Position numbers and translations under genes: made by a program
Shown: positions 43,368 through 52,451 of the stretch, one piece after another
Position numbering within the stretch: the stretch's first letter is position 1
How the letters are laid out: every line of letters begins with the position of its first letter
Source: a virus
IMG/VR virus record: IMGVR_UViG_3300027881_000008
Coordinates: 11,009-75,008 of that record
Reading direction: 5' to 3' (one strand)
DNA length: 64,000 nucleotides
Notes under the pieces: model-generated
What the model saw: the letters and a program-made list of their open reading frames with translations, nothing else
What the model was told of the DNA's origin: nothing
The model's database searches: none

Positions 43368-45061
43368 GCAGTGTCGCCCGGGTGACCGGGCGCGTCGTGC
43401 TCGTTCGGCCCGACCAGCTTGGCTCGAGTTTCTCGGTCACCGTTGGTCCGCCGCCCGATCTGTTCTGGTTCCGCTGTTCGCGCAAGCCCCCCAAGCTGGG
43501 GCAGAAGGTGCGGGTAACCGGCGAGCTGGGCGACAAGAGGGACATCGGCACCAGCTCCGTGCCCGCGTCGATCACGACTCTCCACCATGCGCGCCACGAG
43601 GTGCTGCCCGACGCGCACGACACGCGCGTCGTTCCCCCGGCGTGGCTCAAGCGCGTACAGGATGTGATGGCGCGCCCGCTCTATCCTTACCAAGCCGAGG
43701 GCGCCGGCTGGATCTGCTCTCGCCTGTCGAGCGGCGGAGCTATCCTTGGCGACGACCCCGGCCTCGGAAAGAGCGCGCAGACCGTGGCGGCCATCTGCGC
43801 CATGCGCTCGTTCCCCGTCGTCGTCTGCTGCCCCAGCTCGCTCAAGCCGCACTGGGCACGCGAGTTCGGGTTCGCCAATGACGTGCCCCAGATCCAGGTC
43901 GTACACGGGAAAAAGGGGCCCCTGTACCAGGCGGACGTTTACGTCATCAACTACGAGCTGCTCCGCTCCCGCGAGGCCGAGCTCAAAGCCTTGAGGCCGC
44001 GCTTGTACGTCTTCGACGAGGCCCAGGCCCTCAAGTCCCCGCTCGCGCGCGGCAAACATCGAGCGGCAGTCGCGACCCGGCTCGTGCGTGAGACGCGCGG
44101 AGCGGTGCTGCTCTCGGGCACTCCCGTGGTCAACAGGCCCAACGAACTGTGGAGGCTGCTTCACCTCTGCGACCCCAAGGAGTGGCCGTCGTTCGCCGAC
44201 TACAAACACCGGTACCTGGAGGGGCGCAAAGGCAAAGAGGTGGGGCGTTCGGTGAGGACCGCAGCGGGCAAGGTCGAGCGCCTCGACGAGCTGCACGCCA
44301 AGGTCGGCCCCTTCCTCTTGCGGCGCCTCAAGAGCCAGGTGCTCACCGACCTGCCGCCCAAGAGTCGCCGGAGCGCGCTGGTGCGGCTGGCGGAGGCGGA
44401 TATGGCTCACTACCGGCGCGCGGAGAAGGACGTCGTAGGTTGGCTTCGGTCCATAGGGCACCTGCGCCGGGCGGCCAACGCTCAACGCGCCGAGAGCATC
44501 GTGCGGCTGACGATGCTGCGGCGCATAGCCGCCATGGGCAAGCTCCGCACCGCCATCCCCAATTACCTGCGCACCTGGTTCGCGCGCAGCGAGGCGGCTC
44601 CGCTCGTCCTCTTCGGCTATCACCGCGAGGTGATCAAGGGCCTTTGGCGCATCTGTCAGTCGATGGGACTCCGCGTCACGGGGATCGGAGGAGCGGAGGG
44701 GCCTGACAAGCGCCAGCGCCAGGTTGACGCGTTCATGGACGGACTGGCCGACGTGTTCATCGCCCCGATTGCAACGGCCGGAGTTGGACTCAATCTGCAG
44801 CGCGCGGCCGACGCTCTCTTCGTGGAGCGAATTTGGACCCCGAGCGGGATGATCCAAGCGGAGGACCGCATCTGGCGCCTGGGGCAGCGTCGCCCGGTTA
44901 CAATCACCTACCTGGACGCTGCCGGCACGGTAGACGAACACGTCGCCCAGGTGATCGATGCAAAGCAGCGTTTGATCAACGCCATCGTCGAAGACGCAGG
45001 GGGCGCGGAGTCCATGAAAACGGTCGCGGAGGTCGCTCAGAGGCTCCAAGAGGCGAGCTGA
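43364..45061 (+). CDS. SNF2-family (SMARCAL1/HARP-like) helicase
   Basis: LYPYQ, GDDPGLGKS, FDEAQ, LSGTP, GVGLNL, QAEDRIWRLGQ. Confidence 0.93.
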   Translation: MSSVARVTGRVVLVRPDQLGSSFSVTVGPPPDLFWFRCSRKPPKLGQKVRVTGELGDKRDIGTSSVPASITTLHHARHEVLPDAHDTRVVPPAWLKRVQDVMARPLYPYQAEGAGWICSRLSSGGAILGDDPGLGKSAQTVAAICAMRSFPVVVCCPSSLKPHWAREFGFANDVPQIQVVHGKKGPLYQADVYVINYELLRSREAELKALRPRLYVFDEAQALKSPLARGKHRAAVATRLVRETRGAVLLSGTPVVNRPNELWRLLHLCDPKEWPSFADYKHRYLEGRKGKEVGRSVRTAAGKVERLDELHAKVGPFLLRRLKSQVLTDLPPKSRRSALVRLAEADMAHYRRAEKDVVGWLRSIGHLRRAANAQRAESIVRLTMLRRIAAMGKLRTAIPNYLRTWFARSEAAPLVLFGYHREVIKGLWRICQSMGLRVTGIGGAEGPDKRQRQVDAFMDGLADVFIAPIATAGVGLNLQRAADALFVERIWTPSGMIQAEDRIWRLGQRRPVTITYLDAAGTVDEHVAQVIDAKQRLINAIVEDAGGAESMKTVAEVAQRLQEAS

Positions 45062-45162
45062 GCTTACGTCGCTTAGGTCGCTTACGTCGCTTAGGTCGCT
45101 TAGGTCGCTTCCGTCGCTTACGTCGCTTACGTCGCTTAGGGGCTCCAAGAGGCGAGCTGAGC
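45042..45162. repeat. 9-bp tandem array (GCTTASGTC x8+) bracketed by a 22-bp direct repeat
   Basis: Units at 45062-45140; GGCTCCAAGAGGCGAGCTGAGC at 45042-45063 and 45141-45162. Confidence 0.95.
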
Positions 45163-45178
45163 GTGGTAAGCTTCGCCC

Positions 45179-45841
45179 ATGGCCGAACTAGTCCTTTACG
45201 CGAACCCGTACGAATACGGCGCGAGCGGGTTCTACTTTCGCTCCGCTGAGGAGTACGAGAAGGCGTTCGACAAGCACCGCCCCGTCGAGGAGTATTCGCT
45301 GGAGTTCATCAACGGGTCGAGCGAAGACGTGGACCTGTTCAAGGTGCTCGAGGTGGACGCCTCCAACCTCGAACAGTTCTTCACGTTCGCCGAGGACATG
45401 GACGACAGCCAAAAGGCCGCCCTGTTTTACCTGATCGCCCACCGCGGGAAGGGTCCTGGGGAGACGGTGGACGACCTCATCGAGAAGTCGGAAGACGTGA
45501 GTGTACACCCCGGAGACGTGGGCGACTGGGCCGAGAGCTTCATCGAAGACCAGGGAGGAGTTGCGGAGTTCCCGCGCGAGTTCATCGAGCAACACTTCGA
45601 CTACGCGGCCTACGGAAAGCTCATCAAAGAGGACATGGAAGAGGGCGACTACCGCGCGGATATGAGCGACGAGGATGCGGGGTACGAGTTCGTGGACGAC
45701 GTTGGGATCAAAAACATCCCCAAAGCGGACCTCGAATACCACTTCGACGTCGACTCGTGGGTGAGGGACCTCGCTGCGGGCAGCGACGTAACCGCGTTCG
45801 AGTTCGGCGGGGCGCAATACGCCACCGACTACTCCGGCTGA
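45179..45841 (+). CDS. ardA: ArdA-like antirestriction protein (acidic DNA mimic)
   Basis: Very acidic; LYANPY..G.SGFYF, EEYSLEFING, HFDYAAYG and YHFDVDSWVRDL. Confidence 0.75.
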   Translation: MAELVLYANPYEYGASGFYFRSAEEYEKAFDKHRPVEEYSLEFINGSSEDVDLFKVLEVDASNLEQFFTFAEDMDDSQKAALFYLIAHRGKGPGETVDDLIEKSEDVSVHPGDVGDWAESFIEDQGGVAEFPREFIEQHFDYAAYGKLIKEDMEEGDYRADMSDEDAGYEFVDDVGIKNIPKADLEYHFDVDSWVRDLAAGSDVTAFEFGGAQYATDYSG

Positions 45842-46743
45842 GGCACCGTCCACGCCAGCCGCACGATGCCCCCATCAAGACCGATTTGGGCCTCGCCGAC
45901 CAAAATCCTCTGACCGAAATTAAATCGGACACCGCCCGTGCTTGTCCTTTCAGCCCAACGTGGCGAAACGCAGGCGCGCCAGCGGCGACGGCCTCGTTCG
46001 CGAGCAGCCCTATTACGTCTATCACGAGCGTCCCTTAGGCGTGCCTTCATCGTAGCCGCGAAACGCGCGGACGAGCGACCCAACGGCCCGCTACGCGCCA
46101 GCGAGCACTTTTCGGCATTCCAGGCATTCCATTCGGCGTCGCTACGGCGACGGCCGTGGTATCCCTCTTCCACGCACCTGGGACAAGGGCGCTTGCGCGT
46201 GAGACGTGACGTGGGTTCCCAGTTGAAAGGGTCGTCCACCGCAGCGCTCGCTCGGATCTCAGCTAAGGGAACCCCTTCAAGTGCGCGAGCCTTCCCGTCG
46301 TCCACCGGGTGGGTGTGGTAAATCTCCACGGCTGCCTGGATGTGGCCGCCCTTTAGAACGGCGACATCTACGACCCTTGCGTTTGGAAGCCGGTGCTCCA
46401 CCGCGACCACGCTTGAAGCGGCGGGTCGAAAATCCGAGGTCCAACTGCCTCCGCACCCGTGTTCGGAGCAGCTGCGGCGGACGCGGATGGCTTCGCCCCC
46501 GTCTCGGGCCACCTCAAGCGCCCAGGCCACCCGCATCTTCGCAACCCGGTGGACGATGCTCTCGTGCGAGCAACCCGAGCCGAGGTGAGCGAAGTGTCGA
46601 CACACCTGCGTATCCGGGCCCCCTCGTACCATGAGCTTGCAGCGGCAAGCAGGACATACCAGCTCCTCGGTGTCGCGACTGTCCCCAGGAGGGACAAGGG
46701 TTCCGAGAGAGTCGAGCCCAAATGGAACCTTTAGCTCCTTCAT
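45829..46743 (-). CDS. CoiA-like PD-(D/E)xK nuclease with zinc finger
   Basis: CPAC...HFAH...C.HESIVH; VEHRL..RVVDVAV...AVEI. Confidence 0.8.
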   Translation of the reverse strand: MKELKVPFGLDSLGTLVPPGDSRDTEELVCPACRCKLMVRGGPDTQVCRHFAHLGSGCSHESIVHRVAKMRVAWALEVARDGGEAIRVRRSCSEHGCGGSWTSDFRPAASSVVAVEHRLPNARVVDVAVLKGGHIQAAVEIYHTHPVDDGKARALEGVPLAEIRASAAVDDPFNWEPTSRLTRKRPCPRCVEEGYHGRRRSDAEWNAWNAEKCSLARSGPLGRSSARFAATMKARLRDARDRRNRAARERGRRRWRACVSPRWAERTSTGGVRFNFGQRILVGEAQIGLDGGIVRLAWTVPQPE

Positions 46744-46747
46744 TTTC

Positions 46748-46960
46748 TTATGACGACCCCCTCTGGGCGAACCCCTGGGGCCGGAGCCTGCGCACTACGC
46801 AGGGGGGCATCGCGCGAACTACCTCCTCGAACGCTTCGGCCTCCGCCTGCTCGCGCGGAGTCCCGCTCTCCTGCTTTATCGCGGCGCGCTCCTCCAGCAG
46901 GTACGCGAGCTCGGCCTCGTCGTGGGACCGGACCACGTCCGGCGAAAGCTGGCGCGTCAC
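46748..46960 (-). CDS. small hypothetical protein (EERAAI motif)
   Basis: LLEERAAIKQESGTPREQAEAEA; AGGAG SD. Confidence 0.65.
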   Translation of the reverse strand: MTRQLSPDVVRSHDEAELAYLLEERAAIKQESGTPREQAEAEAFEEVVRAMPPCVVRRLRPQGFAQRGSS

Positions 46961-47511
46961 CAGAGCGACTCCTGGCTACCGGGCGCCGGGGTTCCGCTTT
47001 CTAGGGCCGACACGACGGCTTCGTGAGCGTCGCGAGCGGCGGAGCCCTTGCAACAAGTCTTGAACGACGCGGCTGCACCTAGGAGGGCGCCGCGCAGGTC
47101 GTCCTCCGAGGCATCCGGGTCAAGAGCGAGCATGGCCCACGCATCGACGTCGGTCCGCGCCGGCAGTTCGGGGCACGCGGCAGCGAAATAGACGGACGCC
47201 TGTGGGCCGCGCTCCCACGAGCCGAGACGTTGGCAGAAAGGGCTCATCCTCTCCCCGCACTTCGGGCACGCGACGACGACGCCCAGGGCTATCTTTACTA
47301 CTGCTGGGGGCGCGGGCGGCGCGGGCGCTACGGGCGGCGGCGGCGGCTTCGCAAACGCTGGCGCTCGCCTTATCTGCTCGCTGCAGCCATCGGCCGCCCG
47401 CGCCGCGCTTCGGCGCGCTGCGCTGGGCGCGGGCGCTGCGGTGGACGGCCACTCGTGGGGCGCCTCCATCCGGCGGCGCGGGCGACCGCCCCTGTTGGAA
47501 AAAGCGGTCAT
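46957..47511 (-). CDS. hypothetical zinc-finger protein
   Basis: Pro/Ala linker, CPKC; GTGA-coupled to the next gene. Confidence 0.5.
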   Translation of the reverse strand: MTAFSNRGGRPRRRMEAPHEWPSTAAPAPSAARRSAARAADGCSEQIRRAPAFAKPPPPPVAPAPPAPPAVVKIALGVVVACPKCGERMSPFCQRLGSWERGPQASVYFAAACPELPARTDVDAWAMLALDPDASEDDLRGALLGAAASFKTCCKGSAARDAHEAVVSALESGTPAPGSQESLW

Positions 47512-47522
47512 GTGACGTTTCT

Positions 47523-47912
47523 TCACTTCCGGTCCCCGCACACCACGCCGAAAAAGGTGCCCGGCACGGCAGGAGGGAACGGTGAAACCGAGCACATTAC
47601 CGCAGCGACCGGCGCCGCAATAAGGACGTGGCCGCCGGTAGGTGGGCGTTTTACGACGTCGCCCTCTCGCCGTCGGCCTCTTCCAGCCTGCACCTGAGAG
47701 ACTGAGCGCACAGTGGGAGGGACACCGGCGAGGTGCCGGAGACGGCTTTTGTAATACCACTTCTCCTCGCGTGGAGCGCAGTCGATGCACCCGCCGCCCG
47801 CGTCCCCGCAGCTGAAGCAAAGAGGCTCCTCGTCGCGAAAAGCGAACGGCTCTTCGCGCAGAAAGGCCGCCGCGCGTTCGACGCAGTCCTTGGGTACCTC
47901 GCTCAAATCCAC
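47523..47912 (-). CDS. hypothetical Cys-rich protein
   Basis: CFSC...CIDC; overlaps the XRE gene end. Confidence 0.5.
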   Translation of the reverse strand: MDLSEVPKDCVERAAAFLREEPFAFRDEEPLCFSCGDAGGGCIDCAPREEKWYYKSRLRHLAGVPPTVRSVSQVQAGRGRRREGDVVKRPPTGGHVLIAAPVAAVMCSVSPFPPAVPGTFFGVVCGDRK

Positions 47913-48112
47913 ACCTCGGAACTGACCTGCAACAGGCTGCGCAGGCTCCCCATGTGCTGGCGATCAGGAACGCGGGTGCCCGCCAGCCACCGGGTGACGG
48001 TGGAGGGGGACACCTCAAGCCGGCGGGCCAGCTCGCGCTGACTCCACCCTTTTTGTTGTAGAGCCAGCGCGAGCGCCTTAGCCCCGGCGTTGGTGTTTTC
48101 TGGTTCAGCCAC
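47903..48112 (-). CDS. XRE/Cro-family helix-turn-helix regulator
   Basis: KGWSQRELARRLEVSPSTVTRWLAGTRVP. Confidence 0.92.
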   Translation of the reverse strand: MAEPENTNAGAKALALALQQKGWSQRELARRLEVSPSTVTRWLAGTRVPDRQHMGSLRSLLQVSSEVWI

Positions 48113-48117
48113 GCCCC

Positions 48118-48197
48118 ATGGTGCCCAGTTGTTGCCTTCAGGTCAACAACCTTGACCTCGGCGATCTCTAGGTCCATGATGTTGCCTTGGTGGCAAC
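48118..48197. promoter_or_regulatory. divergent promoters with two 17-bp operators
   Basis: + strand TTGACC(48152)-17-CATGAT; - strand TTGACC(48146)-17-CACCAT; GTTGCC-N5-GKCAAC at 48131-48147 and 48181-48197. Confidence 0.7.
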
Positions 48198-48243
48198 GCC
48201 GGTCGCGAGCCGCCCACACAACCGCAAAGAATGGAGCCTGAAA

Positions 48244-48834
48244 ATGAAAATGGAATTGATGTTCCCCTCGAAATATCTGCGCGCTGTCGACCTCGACGGC
48301 GAGCGCCTGGTAACAATCGCCGACGTCGTCATGGATGAACTCGTCATGCGAGGAGGTCGGCGGGAGGAAAAGCCGGTCATCCACCTGAAGGGGGACGACA
48401 AGATGCTCGTCCTCAACAAGACGAACGCAGAGACCATCGCCGGCTTGTACGGAGGCGAGAGCGACGAGTGGCGAGGGAAGGAACTCGTTCTTTTCCCGAC
48501 CGACGTCACGTTTGGTCGCGAGCGGGTGCTCGCGATCCGGGTGCGCGCTCCTGGGGGCGCAAAGCAGGCCGAGAGCGGCGCTCCTTTTGGCGCCGACGAG
48601 GACGACTGGGCGGCTGCCGACGCCGAGGGGGCGCCTGACTGGTTCGGAGAGGTGGCCGCGTCCCTTTGGCTGCCGTTGGCCGCCGCCTTCGACGCAGACG
48701 AACTCGCGCGCACGGGGAGCGCCGTGAAAGAGGCTTGGGGGCGCAAGCGGATCAACCAGAACGAGCGCGACGCGCTCAAGAAGAAGTTCGTGGAGGTGCG
48801 CCGCGCTCTCCACAATGAGAGAAACTCCGCGTAG
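48244..48834 (+). CDS. putative phage ssDNA-binding (OB-fold-like) protein
   Basis: FPSKYLRAVDL...LVLNKTNAETIAGLYG...W.GK...AIRVR; acidic linker; function inferred. Confidence 0.6.
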   Translation: MKMELMFPSKYLRAVDLDGERLVTIADVVMDELVMRGGRREEKPVIHLKGDDKMLVLNKTNAETIAGLYGGESDEWRGKELVLFPTDVTFGRERVLAIRVRAPGGAKQAESGAPFGADEDDWAAADAEGAPDWFGEVAASLWLPLAAAFDADELARTGSAVKEAWGRKRINQNERDALKKKFVEVRRALHNERNSA

Positions 48835-48854
48835 GAGGTGGTAGGCTGGCTTTC

Positions 48855-51800
48855 GTGAGCCAAGCCGCTATCGACATCCACCGCCCCGAGGCGCAGTTAA
48901 GCCGCACGGTGTTGGAGCTAAAGCAGCTCGCGACCGTGTGGGGGAGGAGCGCCAAGGGGCGGAGCTATGTGGAGGCACTTCTCACGTTCCTCAACCGAAA
49001 GCAGAACCACAACACTCAGCGGGCGTACGCTTTTGGTCTTCTTGAGTTCTTCGGCTGGTACGAGCTGAAAAAGGGACGGACGCCCCTGCCCGAAGAGGTA
49101 CGGCGCGTAGACGCGTATGCGTTCAGCGATTACCTGCAGAAGCGAGACATTGGGCTCGACGAGCAGCGCCTTGCCCAGGACCCGGACCACGCGCTTGACC
49201 TCGCCATCTACCGTTACGTCAAGGGTCACCCGTCGGCGCGGATTAGCGCCATCCGCAAGAAGCTCGTCGCGGACCACCGGTTCACCCAGACTGTCGAGTT
49301 CGAGGCTGGGGGCCGCAAACAGAGCCTGCGGGTGCTCAGCATCGAGGCCGATGACCTTCGTGGCGACGCCTTGGCGGCCTACGTTGCGAAGCACGGCTTC
49401 GCTCCGCCGGACCCCCTCGACGAGCGCCTCGCGTGCATGGTCGACCACAACCTCTTGCGCAGGACCCCGACGATACGCCGCGTACGAAGCGGCGACGCCG
49501 GACTCGGCCTGGAGCACCCGAGCCGCGCCCAGCTCGACTTCCGTGTCGACCCCGAGGTTTTCTCGTATTTTGTGGACGTCCACACCACCGCGTCTGGCGC
49601 CGAGCGCGCCAATAGCGTAGTGACCCGGCTCAGTGCGTTAGCGAGCTTCTGGACCTACCTGATCACCGAATCAGCGGAGAACGCCGCGGGGAGCGAGCCC
49701 CTCCTCAAACACAACATTTGGACCGAGCCCCGCGCGCAGCTCATGGGCGCAGCCAAGAGCCGCAGCCGTGCCTCGCGCGAGCTGAAGACGCCGTCTCGTG
49801 AGCTGTTTTTAAGGGTCTTGGCGACGACGTTCGTGCGCAGTCACGAGGGCCAGGAGCTGCAGGCGGCCAGCGCGTTTCTCGAAGGCGCCGACGTCAGCGG
49901 GTCTTCCAGCGGGGAGGCCGGCATTTACGACCTGCGTGACCGGGCGCTGATGGTTTTCGCCTATTGGACCGGCGCGCGCGCCGAGGAGATGCGGTCGCTG
50001 TCTCGCGACGCGGTGCAGCCTGACGGCCTCGTAACGGTGCTGGGGAAAGGAGACAAAACCCGTTCTTTTGCCGTGCCCCCTCCGGCTCTGCGCGCGATCT
50101 CCGACTTCCAGGCAGAGCTTGACGCAAGGTCCGAGGGTTCGTCCGACCCCAATGCCCTGGTCCACAAGCTCACCGCGTCCGCGGCGCCGCTGTTCCCGCC
50201 CCTGAAGCTTTGGGGCCACAACCGAGGAGCCCAGTTGGTGGGACTCTCCGCCGACTCTTTCTCGAAGATGATGCGGCACCGGGGCCTCCGCGCAGGGGTG
50301 GGGCGACAGAGCGCCGAGTGGAAGAAGCTCCACGCCCATGGGGTGCGACACCTGGCCGCGCTCGAAGCCCGGCAAAGGGGGGTCGACCTCGCCACCATCC
50401 AGGGCACCCTCGGTCACTCCAGCCTGTCCACCACGGGGATCTACATCGAGGTGCGCGACCCCCTGAAACGGTCTCTCATGCCTGCGCGCTCCGCCCCCGG
50501 CGGCGCTCCCCCCTTCCAGCGGCGCGCCCCAGGGCACGAGCACCCCGAGGCGGAGGAGGTGATCGAGGAGATAGAGATCGACGAAGAGCCGGGGCTGGTC
50601 GGGGTGGGCGGCCAACCCGAGGTCCCACCTGGCCTCTACGAGGAGGACGAGGAAGCTGGCGACGAGCCTTTCCCACTTGATGAAGAGGAAGAGGAGGCGC
50701 CCGAAGAGGACGCCCTGACGCTCGTCCACCGGGACGCCGAAGAACTCGTGGCGGAGACCGATGCGGTCGAGAAGCTTCTCCAGGTCTACCGGAGCAACTG
50801 GGGCGAAACGGGGAAGCGGGCCAAGCTGGTGGATGCGAAGGGCCTGTTGGGGAGCACGTACGCGGGGCGACCTACGGGGCTTCCGTGGTGGCAGGGCGCG
50901 GCGGGCGCTATGAACGCCTCCTACTCCTACGTTCCCAACGAGGCAGAGACGACGAAGTTCCCGGCCATGCCAGTGATAGGGCCCCAGCAATTCGTGATGG
51001 AAGCCGGGTGGGGCGAAGAAGACTGCGACGAGCCTCTCTGCCAGGCGCTCGGCGAGCTTTATTCGCAGTGGCTCCAGGACCCCGAGCGCGGGCCCACAGC
51101 CGCGGCGGCGTTGACAGAATGGATCTTCACCTCAGCGATGGTGACGCTCGAAGTGGATGCGGTGGTGCGCGAGCGGTCAGGCCACTGGGTGGCGTTCGAC
51201 TCCCCGCTCGAAGACACAAAGAGCGGCCAGGGAAAGCCTCGGGTGTTGCGCGAGCACCTCAACGACGCTGTGGTGAGCTGGTTCGAGCGGACGGCATGGC
51301 AGTTCCGCCGCAGCGCCGACAGCGCCACCGCTCGCGGCTCCGAGCTCACCGTCCCTGCCTGGTACTCAAAGAAAGACCCGCTGCTCGACATCCCCGCTCC
51401 TGAGCGCGCCGAACTCATCGACTGGCTGCAGGTTTTCGTGGGCCTTCCCCCACTCGACAAGACGCCGCGCTTCGACCACGGCGCCTCGCGGGCCAAGGTG
51501 GGAAAGCTGCTGGGCACCCTGTGCGCGTACGACACTCTGGCGACCGACCCCGACCGCACCCGCAAGCGCGAGCAAAAAGAGATCCTCAGCGCCGTGGAAG
51601 ATCAGATCACCGCCGACGTGAAGCGAGCAACCAAGGGGCGCGTCGCGGATTTCCGCTACGGCGACACCAAGAAGCGCCGCAAGATCGAAACCGTCCAGGC
51701 CGAAATGGCGCGCGAAAAATCCAAGAGAGAGGGCAGCGAAGAAGCCGCCGAGGCTTCTACCAAATACTCGAAATACCTTGCGACCCACCTCATGGAGGTC

Positions 51801-52451
51801 GTGGGAGAGGTCTTCGGAAAGAAGGCAGCTGAAGACCCAATCCTCAGCCTATACGCTCTATGCACGGCCGGAGCGCCGCTCAAGTCGCGCGCCGACAAGT
51901 ACAAACCACTGTTCCGGGCGGGGGGCGGAACCATCGAGCACACTCCCGAGTTCGCCGAGCAGTTCGCCCAGGAGACGGGCACTCACTCCGAATGCGTGGC
52001 GCGCCGTCTGGCGCGGCACATCTACGAGGAGGGACGCGCCCCCAAATGGTACAAGCTCCGCAACTGGCCGCGTGACGTTATCCCTTACCTCGAGTCGCTT
52101 TCCGCCTACCGCGTTCCGTGCCCGTCGAGCCAAGAACACGAACTCCGAAAGCGACTCAAAAGCGAAGAGCCACTTCCCGTCTACAGGCGGTGGCGCGAGG
52201 CTAGCCAGCGACTTCTGGGGACATCGGTTCCAGAGTCCACCGAGGTGGAAGAGATGTTCGCGGAGGAGGCGGGGCGGGGAGCGCCCATCCAGGCTTTCCG
52301 CCCGAGGGACGCAGAGGACTACGAGACGCGTCAGGTCTCCTCCGAAGAGAGCGCCGGGGGCCCAGGCGTGGTGGTTCGCCGCCGCCTCGCGACCCCCAAC
52401 GGGATGCAGCTGCTCCCGCTCTTGTTCGCGATGAAAAGGGCACGAGGATGA
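48855..52451 (+). CDS. giant tyrosine recombinase/integrase with long unknown C-terminal region
   Basis: RDRAL...TGARAEE (R), GKGDKTR (K), HGVRH (HxxR), LGHSSLSTTGIY (H, Y). Confidence 0.9.
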   Translation: MSQAAIDIHRPEAQLSRTVLELKQLATVWGRSAKGRSYVEALLTFLNRKQNHNTQRAYAFGLLEFFGWYELKKGRTPLPEEVRRVDAYAFSDYLQKRDIGLDEQRLAQDPDHALDLAIYRYVKGHPSARISAIRKKLVADHRFTQTVEFEAGGRKQSLRVLSIEADDLRGDALAAYVAKHGFAPPDPLDERLACMVDHNLLRRTPTIRRVRSGDAGLGLEHPSRAQLDFRVDPEVFSYFVDVHTTASGAERANSVVTRLSALASFWTYLITESAENAAGSEPLLKHNIWTEPRAQLMGAAKSRSRASRELKTPSRELFLRVLATTFVRSHEGQELQAASAFLEGADVSGSSSGEAGIYDLRDRALMVFAYWTGARAEEMRSLSRDAVQPDGLVTVLGKGDKTRSFAVPPPALRAISDFQAELDARSEGSSDPNALVHKLTASAAPLFPPLKLWGHNRGAQLVGLSADSFSKMMRHRGLRAGVGRQSAEWKKLHAHGVRHLAALEARQRGVDLATIQGTLGHSSLSTTGIYIEVRDPLKRSLMPARSAPGGAPPFQRRAPGHEHPEAEEVIEEIEIDEEPGLVGVGGQPEVPPGLYEEDEEAGDEPFPLDEEEEEAPEEDALTLVHRDAEELVAETDAVEKLLQVYRSNWGETGKRAKLVDAKGLLGSTYAGRPTGLPWWQGAAGAMNASYSYVPNEAETTKFPAMPVIGPQQFVMEAGWGEEDCDEPLCQALGELYSQWLQDPERGPTAAAALTEWIFTSAMVTLEVDAVVRERSGHWVAFDSPLEDTKSGQGKPRVLREHLNDAVVSWFERTAWQFRRSADSATARGSELTVPAWYSKKDPLLDIPAPERAELIDWLQVFVGLPPLDKTPRFDHGASRAKVGKLLGTLCAYDTLATDPDRTRKREQKEILSAVEDQITADVKRATKGRVADFRYGDTKKRRKIETVQAEMAREKSKREGSEEAAEASTKYSKYLATHLMEVVGEVFGKKAAEDPILSLYALCTAGAPLKSRADKYKPLFRAGGGTIEHTPEFAEQFAQETGTHSECVARRLARHIYEEGRAPKWYKLRNWPRDVIPYLESLSAYRVPCPSSQEHELRKRLKSEEPLPVYRRWREASQRLLGTSVPESTEVEEMFAEEAGRGAPIQAFRPRDAEDYETRQVSSEESAGGPGVVVRRRLATPNGMQLLPLLFAMKRARG

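Noticed and set aside
45062-45140. 9-bp array as a CRISPR array or a telomere (contains TTAGG)
   Set aside because: No unique spacers and no cas genes; the period is 9 not 5, and the array is internal between two genes.
43157-45148. 663-aa minus-strand ORF with SDVSDL repeats
   Set aside because: Antisense shadow of the SNF2 helicase; the repeats are just the 9-bp array read backwards.
45179-45210. LYANP in the ArdA-like protein as an xxNP tag
   Set aside because: It appears to be part of the folded family N-terminus rather than a linker.
46957-48813. 618-aa minus-strand ORF as one gene
   Set aside because: It overlaps the clear XRE and SSB-like genes; only its 3' part from ATG 47511 looks coding.
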